A stretch of 64,000 nt of DNA from an uncultured Acidobacteriota bacterium (GTDB lineage: Bacteria; Acidobacteriota; Thermoanaerobaculia; Gp7-AA8). The stretch is from contig CAVUKB010000007.1 of the NCBI GenBank assembly GCA_963741955.1, positions 480,001 to 544,000 of the forward strand, given 5' to 3'. The translations under genes and the position numbers were made by a program. Numbering within the stretch: the stretch's first letter is position 1; each line of letters starts with the position of its first letter. Positions 46,801-56,609 of the stretch are shown here, one piece after another. The notes beneath the pieces were generated by a model. It ran no database searches. It was not told the DNA's origin and worked only from the letters and a program-made list of their open reading frames with translations.

Positions 46801-47650
46801 CGAATGTCTCGACCGGCATCGGCACGTCATGCATCGCGATCGATCCGTCAGCGGAGAGCGTCGCGACGGTGATCGCTCCCACCGCGTTCCGGGCGAGGAA
46901 GGTCGAGTCGTCGAGAGGATGAACCTCTTTGAAATCTGCGGTTCCGGACGTCCCACGGGCCACGATCCTCGCAGGGGTGACGGAGGTGTCGAGAACCGCG
47001 AGAGAATCGCCGCCCGAGACGAGGAGCCGCTTACCCGACACGGCGAGCGCGATGCCTCCGACCGCGACGTGACCGTTCGCGGTCAGCCTTCCATTCCCGA
47101 GCTCGTAGATCGCAAGTCCGCGAGTTCCCTCGGCGACCCATATCCGCGTCCCGTCGACGGCGAGATCGTTTGCATTGCCGTCCAGTTCCACGAAGCCCCG
47201 TGAGACCGCGACACCGCTGCTGGTATCCCAGAGCGTCAACTCCTTTCCCGAAGCGGTCACGAAGAAGCCCGATCCCGCTGCGAGCTGGTCCGCAGTCGCC
47301 TCGGCGAAAAACTCCTGCGTGAGTGAGCCGTCACTTCCGAGCCGATAGCTGCGGATGCCGTCACTCGAAAGAAGCAGAACGTGAGCGCCGGCGACGCTGA
47401 CCTCGCTGCTCGGTCGCGGCGTCGTGACCATCGCGACCCGACGGATCGCGTCGGGATTCGAGAGGTCGTACACGGAGAGCCCACGACCGTCCGCGACGGT
47501 GGCGAAGTTCCCGGCGAAAGCGATCGAGCGAGCGGCGCCGCGGGATCCCCATTCTGCCAACGTGCCGCAGGTGGAGCCTGCGAGGGGGAGGGGCGCAGCG
47601 ACGAAGATGGAGAGCGCGATGACGGCGAATGCAGTGAAGGAGCGTTTCAT
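43814..47650 (-). CDS. Large secreted LVIVD-repeat protein with a duplicated C-terminal domain
   Basis: Signal peptide, repeated GLxVxDISDPxxP units, two similar C-terminal units. Confidence 0.82.
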   Translation of the reverse strand: MKRSFTAFAVIALSIFVAAPLPLAGSTCGTLAEWGSRGAARSIAFAGNFATVADGRGLSVYDLSNPDAIRRVAMVTTPRPSSEVSVAGAHVLLLSSDGIRSYRLGSDGSLTQEFFAEATADQLAAGSGFFVTASGKELTLWDTSSGVAVSRGFVELDGNANDLAVDGTRIWVAEGTRGLAIYELGNGRLTANGHVAVGGIALAVSGKRLLVSGGDSLAVLDTSVTPARIVARGTSGTADFKEVHPLDDSTFLARNAVGAITVATLSADGSIAMHDVPMPVETFATSGRRLLVSGDSLDRVGLPVATESALRLYDATDPRALHLDGQFGGQGGELTGVAIKGQTIYVSDSSTIHVIDASEPLAPREVGSMTLPEPFDLLHLDGNLLLAHGREYVYMLDVTDAAHPRLIGSYETFGLPFSGAVMAGPYLIEVNRASGLHVLDISDPANPVQLSGLKNGGVGMFNGVIAAVPGALYAGILQGVKVADISDPRHATLVEILDATDVTAAATIPATGTAPPLLLLADAGELRVFDISAPTLPREVGDLAVGPAVSIAARENVAWIALSTGEITRIDLSDPSHPMVAGNLTGLSDPSQIAVAGPLLATADRFSLRIASTLAGVTSSLDAVTTPYVKPDSGPRLIHVGWSPATVPLYQIESASDAAFSSPSLRETTRTEAWVHDEGDTWVRVRATDGCTAGPWSPALHVAADPSPVEFVTSGISLLALPGSSVTIPIALHNRTAGNATAELTTDDASLTIPTQQTLAGGETAVVEGRMTLSGSGRQDAQVRIRGSEGQPFRITVYTPRTAAQSTTTAAPSLVIPGVIASRGAKGTDWRSELSLGCRTDCSMTLKFVPNGDPAAARSVELSFDAGTATVTDDVVRNLFGVDQGTGFLAIDSGNPEAVLASVRTYNHAAEGDFGQRIPAVRIDGEVSPTRLALGVAANDSFRTNIGYVNPAGSTQTVHLTLVDPAGGDVSTVPVTLEPFGAGQTSTTSLFGSDDAVEGASIRVDGGSGIIVYVSRIDALTGDAVFSYARNVSEETSALPRLSGALAIVGSTPGAEGTDWKTSLQMTNPTSAPVTAHVTFVPADDASAAMSADLDLQPHAGWFSSDFLASLFPRRIVATARTGALRIESTAVLPIWARLYNDGGSSGTYGEYVQSFGSPSRRVSIAALGSPSPSALQIFPLVQNDARRTNIGLAEFGGEDTDVEVTIRDSRGAVVAVIDQHLAPYQSVNLLSPLSSAGVALAGPLRAEITAEPSGASIIAYASVVENATGDAVFVPAE

Positions 47651-48210
47651 GGCGGAAAGCGGAGCTAGCAATTCACGTGCTAGACGAAATCCCGTGAATA
47701 ATCCGGGCTAAAGACAACGGCCCGACCTCAAGCAAAATCAGCGTGTCAGCCGGGAGTCGACGCGAGCTTGCTGGGCAGCGAAGGATCCCCTCTCCGAGGG
47801 GCGCCACGGCTTCCGCCGTGGCCGCCACGGCTTCCGCCGTGGCCGCGCAGATCGCCTTCAGAACGCAACGAGACGACACCTGCGGAAGATGCGCAGTAAC
47901 TCCGCGCATCGGCTCTGTGAACACCCACAGTGCCCCTTAAGAAATTCGGGCCCTTTGGGCTAGCCCGCATTTCTCACAAGACTCTTTTGGGGGAGTTCAA
48001 CCGGAGCTGAAGGGGGCGTTCAGCGTAGATTTTGCCGGAATGGGGAGAGTTGGAGTCGAACAAGGCTGAAGTTATTTGACTGGGCGCTGGTTCCGGAGGG
48101 CGGCGGAGGTTCGGGCAGTATCGTGCAGCCAACGCTCAGACACACGTTTCCTCTGGTTCAGAGTTGAACAGACGTGGTTGCGGGAAGATGAGTTGAGGAA
48201 CGATCCGCCT

Positions 48211-49587
48211 TCAGGGAGAGGCAAGAGCTAAGTTGCTGCAGACCAGCGCGAACAGCTTCGTCATCGGATACCCACTCGAGAGTGAGATCCATATCTTGCG
48301 CGTGGTCACGCGGATCCGTGCTCCGATCTTGAACAGCTTCAGCCGAATTGTGTTGCACTGAGCGGTGGCCAGCTCGGTTCCTTTCAGTCCCAGCCGCCGC
48401 AACGCATTCATCAGCAGATAGGCCGCCGAAGAAAACCAGAGCCGCAACTGATTTGCTCTCATCGTTGCCGCCGAGGTCCGATCCGAAAACAGAAAACATT
48501 TCTGTTCCTTGATTCGGTTCTCCATCTCTCCGCGCTCACAGTAGAGCTCTTCGTACAGCGGCTTCACCGCCATCGCCTCCACCGGGAGCGACGTTACGAC
48601 GAACCTGCCGTTGGCTTTGTCCACCAGGTACTCGGCTTTCGCCACCACACGACGGGACCGGCTCCAGCTCTTGCGAGTCCGGTAGTTCAGATCCTTGTAG
48701 GTGCGGCACGCCTCGGAGAGATGTTGCGACTCGGCTCGTACCAGAGCCATCTCCGCCTCGATCATCGCCTCGAGGCGCCGGTTCTTGGGCAGACCGATCG
48801 CGTAATCGATCCCTTCGGACTCGCACCAGCTCAGGATCTCGTCGCAGCAGAATCCCGAATCAGCACGAATCACGATCTTCACATCCGGCCAGCTCTCACG
48901 GATCTGCCCAATGATCCGCCTGAGTTCCTCGACCGTTCCCTCGGCAGGTCCGACGCTCGCCTCTCGCAGACGTGCGCAGAGCAGATCCTGTCCACAGAAC
49001 ACGTAGAGTGGCAGATAGCAGTACGACCCGTAGTGGCCGTGGAAAAATCGCCCCTCCTGATTCCCATGGATTCTGTCCTCGGTCGTGTCCAGATCAATCA
49101 CGATCTGATCCGGAGGAGTCGACCTGGATTTTAAGAACACGTCGACGAAGAATTTATCAATCGCGTTTCCGTCATAGACGATCCGCTTGTATCGATCCTC
49201 CCCGTGACCATCCGGGGTCAACTCCAACCGGTTCAGCGTACTCTTGCCCGCCAGCGGCTGCCTGGGATCCGATTTGCCCGATAAGGTCCCGATCAGCGGA
49301 TCCTCACGCAGAGAATCGTGATCGTTCAGATCTTCATATCCGAGAGCCAATCCCATCACCCGCTGCCGGATCATCGACTCGAGCGAGTGCTGAACCAAAG
49401 TGCGTTTTCGGTAATCCCGAAAGCATCCGACGAACCTTTCCAGAATCCTCGTCCGCCTTTCCGTCTCGAGCAGCAGGAGCCCTCCCCCGTCCGAAGTGAG
49501 CTGTCCACCGTCGAACCTGGCGACGATCTCACGCCCTCCCACCCCTTGGAATCGCAACTCGTTCCCGCTACACTCTGTCTGCTTCAT
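48211..49587 (-). CDS. IS1380-family DDE transposase
   Basis: FDGGQLTSDGG, GYEDLND, IDLDTT, RADSGF, RGEMENRIKE. Confidence 0.93.
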   Translation of the reverse strand: MKQTECSGNELRFQGVGGREIVARFDGGQLTSDGGGLLLLETERRTRILERFVGCFRDYRKRTLVQHSLESMIRQRVMGLALGYEDLNDHDSLREDPLIGTLSGKSDPRQPLAGKSTLNRLELTPDGHGEDRYKRIVYDGNAIDKFFVDVFLKSRSTPPDQIVIDLDTTEDRIHGNQEGRFFHGHYGSYCYLPLYVFCGQDLLCARLREASVGPAEGTVEELRRIIGQIRESWPDVKIVIRADSGFCCDEILSWCESEGIDYAIGLPKNRRLEAMIEAEMALVRAESQHLSEACRTYKDLNYRTRKSWSRSRRVVAKAEYLVDKANGRFVVTSLPVEAMAVKPLYEELYCERGEMENRIKEQKCFLFSDRTSAATMRANQLRLWFSSAAYLLMNALRRLGLKGTELATAQCNTIRLKLFKIGARIRVTTRKIWISLSSGYPMTKLFALVCSNLALASP

Positions 49588-49658
49588 ACCGCCGCCTCCC
49601 GTGCTGTTGATGTTGTTGTGCACACTCAACTTAATAGCACGGAACGGCGGTCTTTTTC

Positions 49659-51242
49659 GGTTCTCCTAACAGGTGTGTAGGTGCGGAATGATTGTCGGAG
49701 GCATGCAGGAACGGCGACGCGGCTGTTTTCGAGGAGCAAGTCGGTGTTCGCCGAAGCGTTCGGAAAGCGAAGTTGTGGAAACCGCGGAAAACGCCGCCAC
49801 CCGGCCGCCGCGTTTTCCGCCGTTCCCACAACTTGCCCCGCCGTCGCGGAAGGATCTGAAGGAGCCCCGAAAGTCGCTGCTCGTGGAGAGGTGAAGATCG
49901 AAGCAGCGATAGCAGGTTGGAATCGGCGAACCGTGCTGCCCATTTCCCGTAGTCTGTAGTCGATGAAACCAAGACACGGGGAGGACAGGCACGGTGCGCC
50001 TGACGACATTGTTCCGGAAGTTGCTCAACATGGCAAACGTAACGGTTCGCGGGGTTCGGTTCGAAGCTCGGAGTCTCTATCTCGACGTGAGTCCAACGTG
50101 GAGACGTCCGCGGTGCGGAGGGTGCGGACGGGTTGCTCCCGAGCTTCACGGAACGGTGATGAAGCATCGCGAATGGCGTCATCTCGGCCTCTGGGGATGC
50201 CGGGTGATGCTGCGGGCGGATCTGCCGCGGGTGCGTTGCCGCCGCTGCGGGGTGCGAACGGCCGCGGTTCCGTGGGCACGGCCTGGTTCGATGTTCACCC
50301 GCGCGTTCGAAGACGAGCTTGCCTGGTTTCTGCAGCGATCCAATCAAACCGCGGTCTCGGCGTACTTCAAGGTCAGCTGGCTCACGGCCGGACGGATCGC
50401 CGCTCGAGTGGTTGCCGAAAAACGCGACCCGAACGCGCTCGAGAATCTGACCCGGATCGGCATCGACGAGATCTGCTGGGGGCGGCCGAAGAAGTTCATG
50501 ACCGTGGTCACGAACCACGAGACCGGGCAGATGATCTGGGCGGCGAAGGGTAAAAGTGCAGAGGTTCTCGACGGGCTGTTCGATCTGCTCGGCCCCGAGC
50601 GCTGCGCGCGAATCCGTCTGGTGAGCATCGACATGAGCGCGGCCTTCGAGAAAGCTGTTCGCGACCGACTGCCGAACGCCGAGGTCGTTTTCGATCGGTT
50701 CCACGTGGTCCAACTCCTCGGGAATGCGATCGATCAGGTGAGGCGGGACGAGATGCGAAAGGCCACCGGCGAGGAGCGCTCCGCTCTCAAATCCACTCGG
50801 TTCGTCCTCCTGAAGAACCCCTGGAACCTGCGTGATGCCGAGGAGGCGAAACTCTCGGAGCTCGCGCGGATGAATCACACCCTCTTTCGCAGTTACCTGG
50901 TCAAGGAATCCTTTCAGGACATCTATGACTCCTCGTCCGTCCGCCAAGCTGATCGACGGTTCAAGCGCTGGTATCAGTCCGCGGTTCATAGCCGCATTCA
51001 ACCCCTCGTTCGCTTCGCGCGAACCGTCGCGGCGAAATGGCCTGGCATCCGCCGTTACTTCGAGTATCGACTCACGAATGCAGTTGCTGAAGGCTGCAAC
51101 AACAAGATCCGAATGCTCAGTCACCGCGCTTTCGGCTTTCACACCGCGGAAGCTCTGATCGCAATGGCGTTCCTCTGTACGTCAGCAATCGCATTCCATC
51201 CTCTCGGCCTATGAACTCTGCTACACACCTGTTAGGAGATCC
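49659..51242 (+). mobile_element. ISL3-family insertion sequence
   Basis: 22-bp TIR GG(T/A)TCTCCTAACAGGTGTGTAG with 8-bp target duplication TCTTTTTC. Confidence 0.93.
49994..51214 (+). CDS. ISL3-family transposase
   Basis: N-terminal Cys pairs, IGIDE, SIDMS, FDRFHV, TNAVAEGCNNKI. Confidence 0.93.
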   Translation: MRLTTLFRKLLNMANVTVRGVRFEARSLYLDVSPTWRRPRCGGCGRVAPELHGTVMKHREWRHLGLWGCRVMLRADLPRVRCRRCGVRTAAVPWARPGSMFTRAFEDELAWFLQRSNQTAVSAYFKVSWLTAGRIAARVVAEKRDPNALENLTRIGIDEICWGRPKKFMTVVTNHETGQMIWAAKGKSAEVLDGLFDLLGPERCARIRLVSIDMSAAFEKAVRDRLPNAEVVFDRFHVVQLLGNAIDQVRRDEMRKATGEERSALKSTRFVLLKNPWNLRDAEEAKLSELARMNHTLFRSYLVKESFQDIYDSSSVRQADRRFKRWYQSAVHSRIQPLVRFARTVAAKWPGIRRYFEYRLTNAVAEGCNNKIRMLSHRAFGFHTAEALIAMAFLCTSAIAFHPLGL

Positions 51243-51275
51243 TCTTTTTCTCCCTACTGTGAGAAATCCGGGCTA

Positions 51276-51436
51276 GGAGTCTGCGCGGTAGAAACTGTCC
51301 TACTGCGAAAGCGGATCAGCGGTCCAAATCCGCCCGGATTTTCGGCGAGTAGCCACCGCTACGCACCTCAAATCCGAACGAATTTGGCCTCGGTGCTCCG
51401 CTTTCTCGCTACGGACGCTTCTACCGCGCAGACTCC
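51276..51436. mobile_element. 161-bp palindromic MITE, copy 3
   Basis: TA flanks; abuts the IS1380 CTAG duplication and the stop codon of the next gene. Confidence 0.88.
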
Positions 51437-52071
51437 TAAAGAAACACGAGCCGGCCGAAGCGGGCAGGCACGTGAAAGTCCGGCGGAGTCCGGCCGGTGG
51501 GACTCCAGGCGGTGAACTCGTCACCGGACGCAGCGCGGTCGATCCGGTAGAAATTCGCGAACCAGCTGGTGCCGGAGCGGACGGCGGCGTCGAGCGCAGC
51601 GAACGGGACGATGGTGAGCACTTCGCCGAGGAAACGCCGGTCGTTCTCCCACGTTCGCCGGATCGCGACCTGAAGCCCGGTGCACTGCCATCCGATGTCG
51701 ACCTTCATGGTCCGTCGGTCGCCATCGGGTGAGTCGACGCGCGCGTCGAACACCGCGCCGAGGGGATTGATCTCGATCTCGAAATACCGGTTTTGTGTTT
51801 CCGGAGCGAGGAAGAGCTCGACCACGTCTTCCTGGTAGAGCGAATCGTCATGGTCGACTTTGGTCGCCACGATTCCCTCGTCGCTGGTCTGGAAGAGGAC
51901 GTACAGCCGTGCGCCGTCGTGGTATGCGGTGACCGCGCTCGCCAGCCGCGGCGGAGCGCCGTCCGCGGAGCGGAGCAGGGGTTGGAGAGTGCATCCGGAG
52001 GGCACTCGCCACGGGTCTTCGATGTGGAAGTCTCCGCGCGGGACCGGAAGCTCGGGCAGCTGTCCAGACAT
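51436..52071 (-). CDS. Carbohydrate-binding family 9-like protein
   Basis: LYQEDVVELFL, YFEIEINPLG, ANFYR, DFHVPARFG. Confidence 0.8.
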   Translation of the reverse strand: MSGQLPELPVPRGDFHIEDPWRVPSGCTLQPLLRSADGAPPRLASAVTAYHDGARLYVLFQTSDEGIVATKVDHDDSLYQEDVVELFLAPETQNRYFEIEINPLGAVFDARVDSPDGDRRTMKVDIGWQCTGLQVAIRRTWENDRRFLGEVLTIVPFAALDAAVRSGTSWFANFYRIDRAASGDEFTAWSPTGRTPPDFHVPARFGRLVFL

Positions 52072-52142
52072 CACCGGCAATGATATGCGAATCGGCAACG
52101 GAGGTCGGCACATCGCGTGCAGTCCCGCCAGTCGAGGATGAA

Positions 52143-52472
52143 ATGATGGATCCTGAGCTCGAAGAACTGAAAAAGGAATTTCTGGCGGATGCCGAAGCCA
52201 GAGTGGGACAGATCGAAAATGAGCTGCGCAGCGACGGGGCATTCGATCCCAAGGCGGTCGAACGGATGCTCTTCATCGCGCACCAGCTGAAAGGGGCCGG
52301 AGGAAGCTACGGCTTCCGCGAGATCTCTCAGGAGGCCGCGGAGCTCGAGCGGCTCCTGGAATCGGGACAGTCGGGAAACTGGAGCGATCAGGAGAGCGCG
52401 GTCCGGAGCAGGATCGGAAGTCTGCGTCGCGAGGTGGAAAGCCAGCAGCACGACCTGAGCATGACCGGCTGA
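52143..52472 (+). CDS. Hpt phosphotransfer protein
   Basis: AHQLKGAGGSYG motif. Confidence 0.85.
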   Translation: MMDPELEELKKEFLADAEARVGQIENELRSDGAFDPKAVERMLFIAHQLKGAGGSYGFREISQEAAELERLLESGQSGNWSDQESAVRSRIGSLRREVESQQHDLSMTG

Positions 52473-53450
52473 TCAGTTCGGCTCCGCCCGATCTTTCCTG
52501 GTGCTCTCCGTCCGGTGGGATCTCTTCCGCCGCTCGGCCTGAACCTGATTGCGTCCTTTCCGCTTCGCGCGGTAGAGGGCGCGGTCCGCCGCTTCGATCA
52601 GCTCGCGTGCCGAACCGACATCGGTGTGCGGAAACGACGCCGCGCCGATGCTCACCGTCACCGGGATCTTCGCTTCGTCGACATTGAACCGCTCTTCCTC
52701 GACGAGGCTACGGATCTTCTCCGCGAACGCGACGACGTCGTCGAGCTCGGTCTCGGGCATCATCACGGCGAACTCTTCCCCTCCGTAGCGGGCGACGAGA
52801 TCGGACGAGCGGACCGAGCTGGTGAAGATCGCGGATGCCTTTTCGAGAACCTGGTCCCCGGCTGCGTGTCCCCACGTGTCGTTGATCTTCTTGAAGAAGT
52901 CGAGATCGATCATCGCCAGCCCGAGGGGCCGCTGATAGCGCCGCGCCTCTTCCCAGGTGCGCGAGAGCTCCTCCTGGAAATGCCGGTGGTTGTAGAGGTG
53001 GGTGAGGCCGTCCGTGACGGAGAGCCGCTCCAGACGCCGGTTCGACTCCATCAGTTCCTTCTGGAGATCGACGATCCGCTTTCCGGCGCGGATGCGGGCG
53101 GTCAGCTCGGCCGGATGGAACGGTTTCGTGATGTAGTCGTCCGCTCCGAGCTCGAGCCCGAGCACTTTCTCCTGCTCTTCGGCTTCGCCGGTGAGCATGA
53201 TCACGTAGTTCGGCCGGAGCCGCTCGTCTTCCTTGAGGCGGCGGCAGAGCACCAGACCGTCGATGTCGGGAAGGCGGCGGTCGAGGATCGCGAGATCCCA
53301 CGGTTCGCGGAAGAGGAGGGACGTCGCTTCTTCGCCAGTGCCCGCTTCGATCAGATTGAAGCCGCTTCGCTTCAGGAGAAGACGCACCAGGCGTCTGATG
53401 GAGGTGTCGTCGTCGACGACGGCAACGGTCATGGGAGTGAACTCTGCCAT
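52473..53450 (-). CDS. Receiver + GGDEF diguanylate cyclase
   Basis: VVDDD receiver, DLDFFKKIND, RSSD I-site, GGEEF. Confidence 0.93.
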   Translation of the reverse strand: MAEFTPMTVAVVDDDTSIRRLVRLLLKRSGFNLIEAGTGEEATSLLFREPWDLAILDRRLPDIDGLVLCRRLKEDERLRPNYVIMLTGEAEEQEKVLGLELGADDYITKPFHPAELTARIRAGKRIVDLQKELMESNRRLERLSVTDGLTHLYNHRHFQEELSRTWEEARRYQRPLGLAMIDLDFFKKINDTWGHAAGDQVLEKASAIFTSSVRSSDLVARYGGEEFAVMMPETELDDVVAFAEKIRSLVEEERFNVDEAKIPVTVSIGAASFPHTDVGSARELIEAADRALYRAKRKGRNQVQAERRKRSHRTESTRKDRAEPN

Positions 53451-53491
53451 TTCACGGAGATGAAGGCGCAAAGAGCTTGCCACTCGGAGGA

Positions 53492-53550
53492 GAGCGACGA
53501 GCGGTGAGCGACGAGCGGTGAGCGGCGAGCGGTGAGAGATGAGCGGTGAG
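53492..53550. repeat. Heptamer array GAGCGGT/GAGCGAC x ~8
   Basis: Read directly; upstream of the diguanylate cyclase. Confidence 0.85.
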
Positions 53551-53564
53551 TCCGTAGACTCCTA

Positions 53565-53888
53565 GGAGTCTGCGCCGTAGTAACTGTCCTACTGCGAAAG
53601 CGGATCAGCGGTCCAAATCCGTCCGGATTTTCGGCGAGTAGCCACCGCTACGCACCTCAAATCCGAACGAATTTGGCCTCGCTGCTCCGCTTTCTCGCTA
53701 CGAACGTTTCTACCGCGCAGACTCCTAGGAGTCTGCGCGGTAGAAACTGTCTTACTGCGAAAGCGGATCAGCGGTCCAAATTCGTCCGGATTCTCGGCGA
53801 GTAGCCACCGCTACGCACCTCAAATCCGATCGAATTTGGCCTCGCTGCTCCGCTTTCTCGCTACGGACGTTCCTATCGCGCAGACTCC
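53565..53888. mobile_element. Two tandem 161-bp MITE copies (53565-53725, 53728-53888) sharing a TA
   Basis: GACTCC-TA-GGAGTC junction; AGACTCC remnant of a further end just upstream. Confidence 0.9.
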
Positions 53889-53900
53889 TAGCCCCGCTTT

Positions 53901-54740
53901 CTATCCCTCACCGCTCGCCTTCATCGACAGATCCAGCGCCTTTACCGAATGCGTCAGCGCGCCGACCGAGATCCGCTCCACTCCCGTTTCGGCGATCGCG
54001 CGGACGCTTTCCAGCGTGATGCCTCCGGACGCCTCGAGAGGGATCCGCCCCGCGACGCGGCGCACCGCCTCGCGCATCTCGTCCGTGGTCATGTTGTCGA
54101 GGAGGATGAGATCGGGCGACTCGGCGACGGCCTGGTCGAGCTCTTCGAACGAGCGCACCTCGACCATCACCTTCTCCTCCCGGCCGCTCTCGCGGACCCG
54201 CCGGATCGCCGCAGCGATCGAGCCGGCGTGGTCGATGTGGTTGTTCTTGATCAGGAACATGTCGCGCGCGGCGTAGCGATGGTTCTCGCCTCCGCCGGCG
54301 ACCACGGCGTACTTGTCGAGCGCCCGGAGGCCGGGAGCCGTCTTGCGGGTGTCGTAGATCTTCGCGCTCGTCCCGCGGACCGCATCGACGTAGCGGCGCG
54401 TCGCGGTGGCGATCCCGGAGGCGCGCTGGAGGAGATTGAGAGCGGTGCGCTCGCCGGCGAGGAGTGCCCGCACCCGGGCGGAGATTCGCGCGACGGTCGT
54501 CCCCGGCTCGAGCGTCCCTCCTTCGTCGACCATGGTTTCGACGTCCGCGGCGGAGTCGAGCGTGGCGAAGACCGCGCGGACGAACGGCATTCCGGCGAGG
54601 ACTCCATTCTCCTTCGCGACGATCGTTGCCATTCCCTTCTCCTCCGCTCCGAAGATCGCTTCTCCGGTGATGTCCGGAAGGTCCTCGGCGAGGGCGCGCT
54701 CGACGATGTCTTCGATCTCGGTGGTGCTCGGTTTTCGCAT
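53901..54740 (-). CDS. nadC: Quinolinate phosphoribosyltransferase
   Basis: ERTALNLLQRASGIAT, DTRKTAPG, ILLDNM, EASGGI, ISVGALTHS. Confidence 0.95.
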   Translation of the reverse strand: MRKPSTTEIEDIVERALAEDLPDITGEAIFGAEEKGMATIVAKENGVLAGMPFVRAVFATLDSAADVETMVDEGGTLEPGTTVARISARVRALLAGERTALNLLQRASGIATATRRYVDAVRGTSAKIYDTRKTAPGLRALDKYAVVAGGGENHRYAARDMFLIKNNHIDHAGSIAAAIRRVRESGREEKVMVEVRSFEELDQAVAESPDLILLDNMTTDEMREAVRRVAGRIPLEASGGITLESVRAIAETGVERISVGALTHSVKALDLSMKASGEG

Positions 54741-54798
54741 CGGTGTCGGTCTCCTTCGAGGGGATGGATGGTATCTGAGTTGTCGGGGTTGGGGGAGG

Positions 54799-54923
54799 GG
54801 AGACGAGCGGCGAGAGACGAGAGGCGAGAGGCGCGGGGTTCGAGGCTGGAGGCTCGAGGCTCGAAGGGAGAGGCGAGCGACGAGGGACGGGAGACGAGGG
54901 ACGGGAGACGGGGGACGGGACGG
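54799..54923. repeat. Degenerate heptamer array (GAGACGA/GAGGCTC/GGGACGG)
   Basis: 7-bp periodicity upstream of nadC. Confidence 0.7.
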
Positions 54924-55054
54924 AACCGCGGGGCCTTGGACTCTGCCACTCGGCATCGACTCCCCCGACCCCTGATCCCCGGCGCCGCGGAGGAATGATC
55001 ACCAGGCGAGCACCGTTCTCGACGACGGACTCATTGATGACTCGTTGACAAATT

Positions 55055-55405
55055 GGGGGCGTACCGGCTTCGACGGGAGCACGTCGGTGCCGCGGTCGCA
55101 TGCCGAGCTGGATCGGGCTCGTAAAACTGATCCAAACTATAACTGCGAACAATCAGCTCGCACTGGCAGCCTAAAAACCTGTCACGCTCCTCTACCGGTT
55201 GCTCACACCGGTGGAATCGAGCGTCATAAAGTGAGATAAGGACGGCCGAGGGTCTCGGCGGCCGTCTCGAAAACCAAGAGGCTGGTCCCTCTGCGGTCCC
55301 CGTTTCCCGGGCAGCAGTGGGACGAGATTCAACGGGAAACTAAGCATGTAGTGACTCGGTAGCCACTGTTTTCGGACGCGGGTTCAACTCCCGCCGCCTC
55401 CACCA
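55055..55405 (+). ncRNA. ssrA: tmRNA; tag peptide ANNQLALAA (55145-55174)
   Basis: 5' GGGGGCG...TTCGAC, 3' GGTTCAACTCCCGCCGCCTCCACCA, G-U pair in acceptor stem, tag ending ALAA-stop. Confidence 0.96.
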
Positions 55406-55781
55406 ATCAGAAACGACAAACCCGTCCAGCGACCGCATCCGGTTGTTGGGCGGGGTTTCTTTTGCTGCGTGTTGTCAGTGTCCTACCTCCCGTTTCCCGT
55501 TGTCGGCACTGCCGCTCCGGATCACTCCCTTTTCGGGAAGTTCGTTATACCCCCCTTCTCCTGAATCCTCGTTTACTCACCGGAGAGACGGAGATCGTGT
55601 CGGGCATCGTCTGAATCTTTTTGTGCTGGCATGCCTGAGGGTTCGATTCGGGATGTGTGCAATGCCTCAATTTTCAAGTTGCACACAGCATAGCAGCTGC
55701 TATATTGAGTCGTTTGGAACGGCCCTTGTGCGCCCACGGCGATCCGGTGCACCAGAGCGAACGCCCTTTGGAGGCTGAGCG

Positions 55782-56072
55782 ATGAACAGACAACGCGCAC
55801 TTGAACTGCTGAGCCGCAGCAAGCCGGAACTGCAGGCTCGTTTCGGCGTGACCCGATTGGCCCTGTTCGGCTCCACCGCCCGCGATACGGCGACCGGAGG
55901 CAGCGATGTCGATGTACTGGTGGCGTTCGATGGCCCGGCCACTTCCAGGCGGTATTTCGGCGTGCAGTTCTACCTGGAGGATCTGCTCGGCTGCCCGGTC
56001 GATCTGGTCACCGAAAAGGCTCTGCGGCCGGAGCTGCGCCCCTACATCGAACAGGAGCGGGTCAATGTCTGA
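55782..56072 (+). CDS. Minimal nucleotidyltransferase antitoxin (MntA-like)
   Basis: LFGSTARD...SDVDVLV (GSx10DxD). Confidence 0.9.
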   Translation: MNRQRALELLSRSKPELQARFGVTRLALFGSTARDTATGGSDVDVLVAFDGPATSRRYFGVQFYLEDLLGCPVDLVTEKALRPELRPYIEQERVNV

Positions 56073-56421
56073 TGTCAGCCAGCGCGAATGGCGCTTCTAC
56101 CTCGACGACATGATCGACTTCGCCGGAAAGGTACTTGCCTACACCGACGGGCTTGACCAGACCGGTTTCGTGGCCAGCGGGTTGACCTACGACGCCACCC
56201 TGCGCAATCCGGAGCTGATCGGCGAAGCCGCTACCCATATTCCGGATGACGTCCGTGCCTCCCACCCGGAAATCCCCTGGCGGATGATCATCGCCACCCG
56301 CAACCGCCTCATTCACGGCTACCTCGGCAGCGACGACGACACCCTGTGGAGCATCATCCGGGATGACGTTCCCGAGCTGCTGCCGCTGCTCGAGGCGCTG
56401 AAAGACGAGGCGCAGTCATGA
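56065..56421 (+). CDS. HEPN (DUF86, HepT-like) RNase toxin
   Basis: IGEAA, PEIPW, RNRLIHGY (Rx4HxY). Confidence 0.9.
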   Translation: MSDVSQREWRFYLDDMIDFAGKVLAYTDGLDQTGFVASGLTYDATLRNPELIGEAATHIPDDVRASHPEIPWRMIIATRNRLIHGYLGSDDDTLWSIIRDDVPELLPLLEALKDEAQS

Positions 56422-56609
56422 AACCCGGCAGCGTCACCAGGGGTGGACGGGTCGGCTTCCTGGCCCCGGACGGCCGGACGCTGCAAGGCATGATGCTGCG
56501 CCTCAATAAGAAGACGATCAGCGCCGCCCCCGCCGATGGCCACGAGTTGAAAGTCGCGCCCGGCTTTCTGCGCCTCGTCCAATCAGAGGGAGATGTCCAA
56601 TGGCCATGA
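56418..56609 (+). pseudogene. Short SH3-like ORF, probably a gene fragment
   Basis: RVGF...RLNKKTIS...VAPGFL; overlaps both neighbours. Confidence 0.45.

Larger units (their letters stand above)
47964..51272 (-). mobile_element. IS1380-family insertion sequence (1717 bp net) interrupted by ISL3
   Basis: TIRs CCCGCATTTCTCACA / TGTGAGAAATCCGGG with CTAG on both flanks. Confidence 0.9.

Noticed and set aside
47802-47845. 18-bp tandem duplication GCCACGGCTTCCGCCGTG
   Set aside because: Only two copies; probably simple slippage
53888-53905. Possible IS1380 end after the last MITE (CTAGCCCCGCTTTCT)
   Set aside because: Match is too weak and overlaps the nadC stop region
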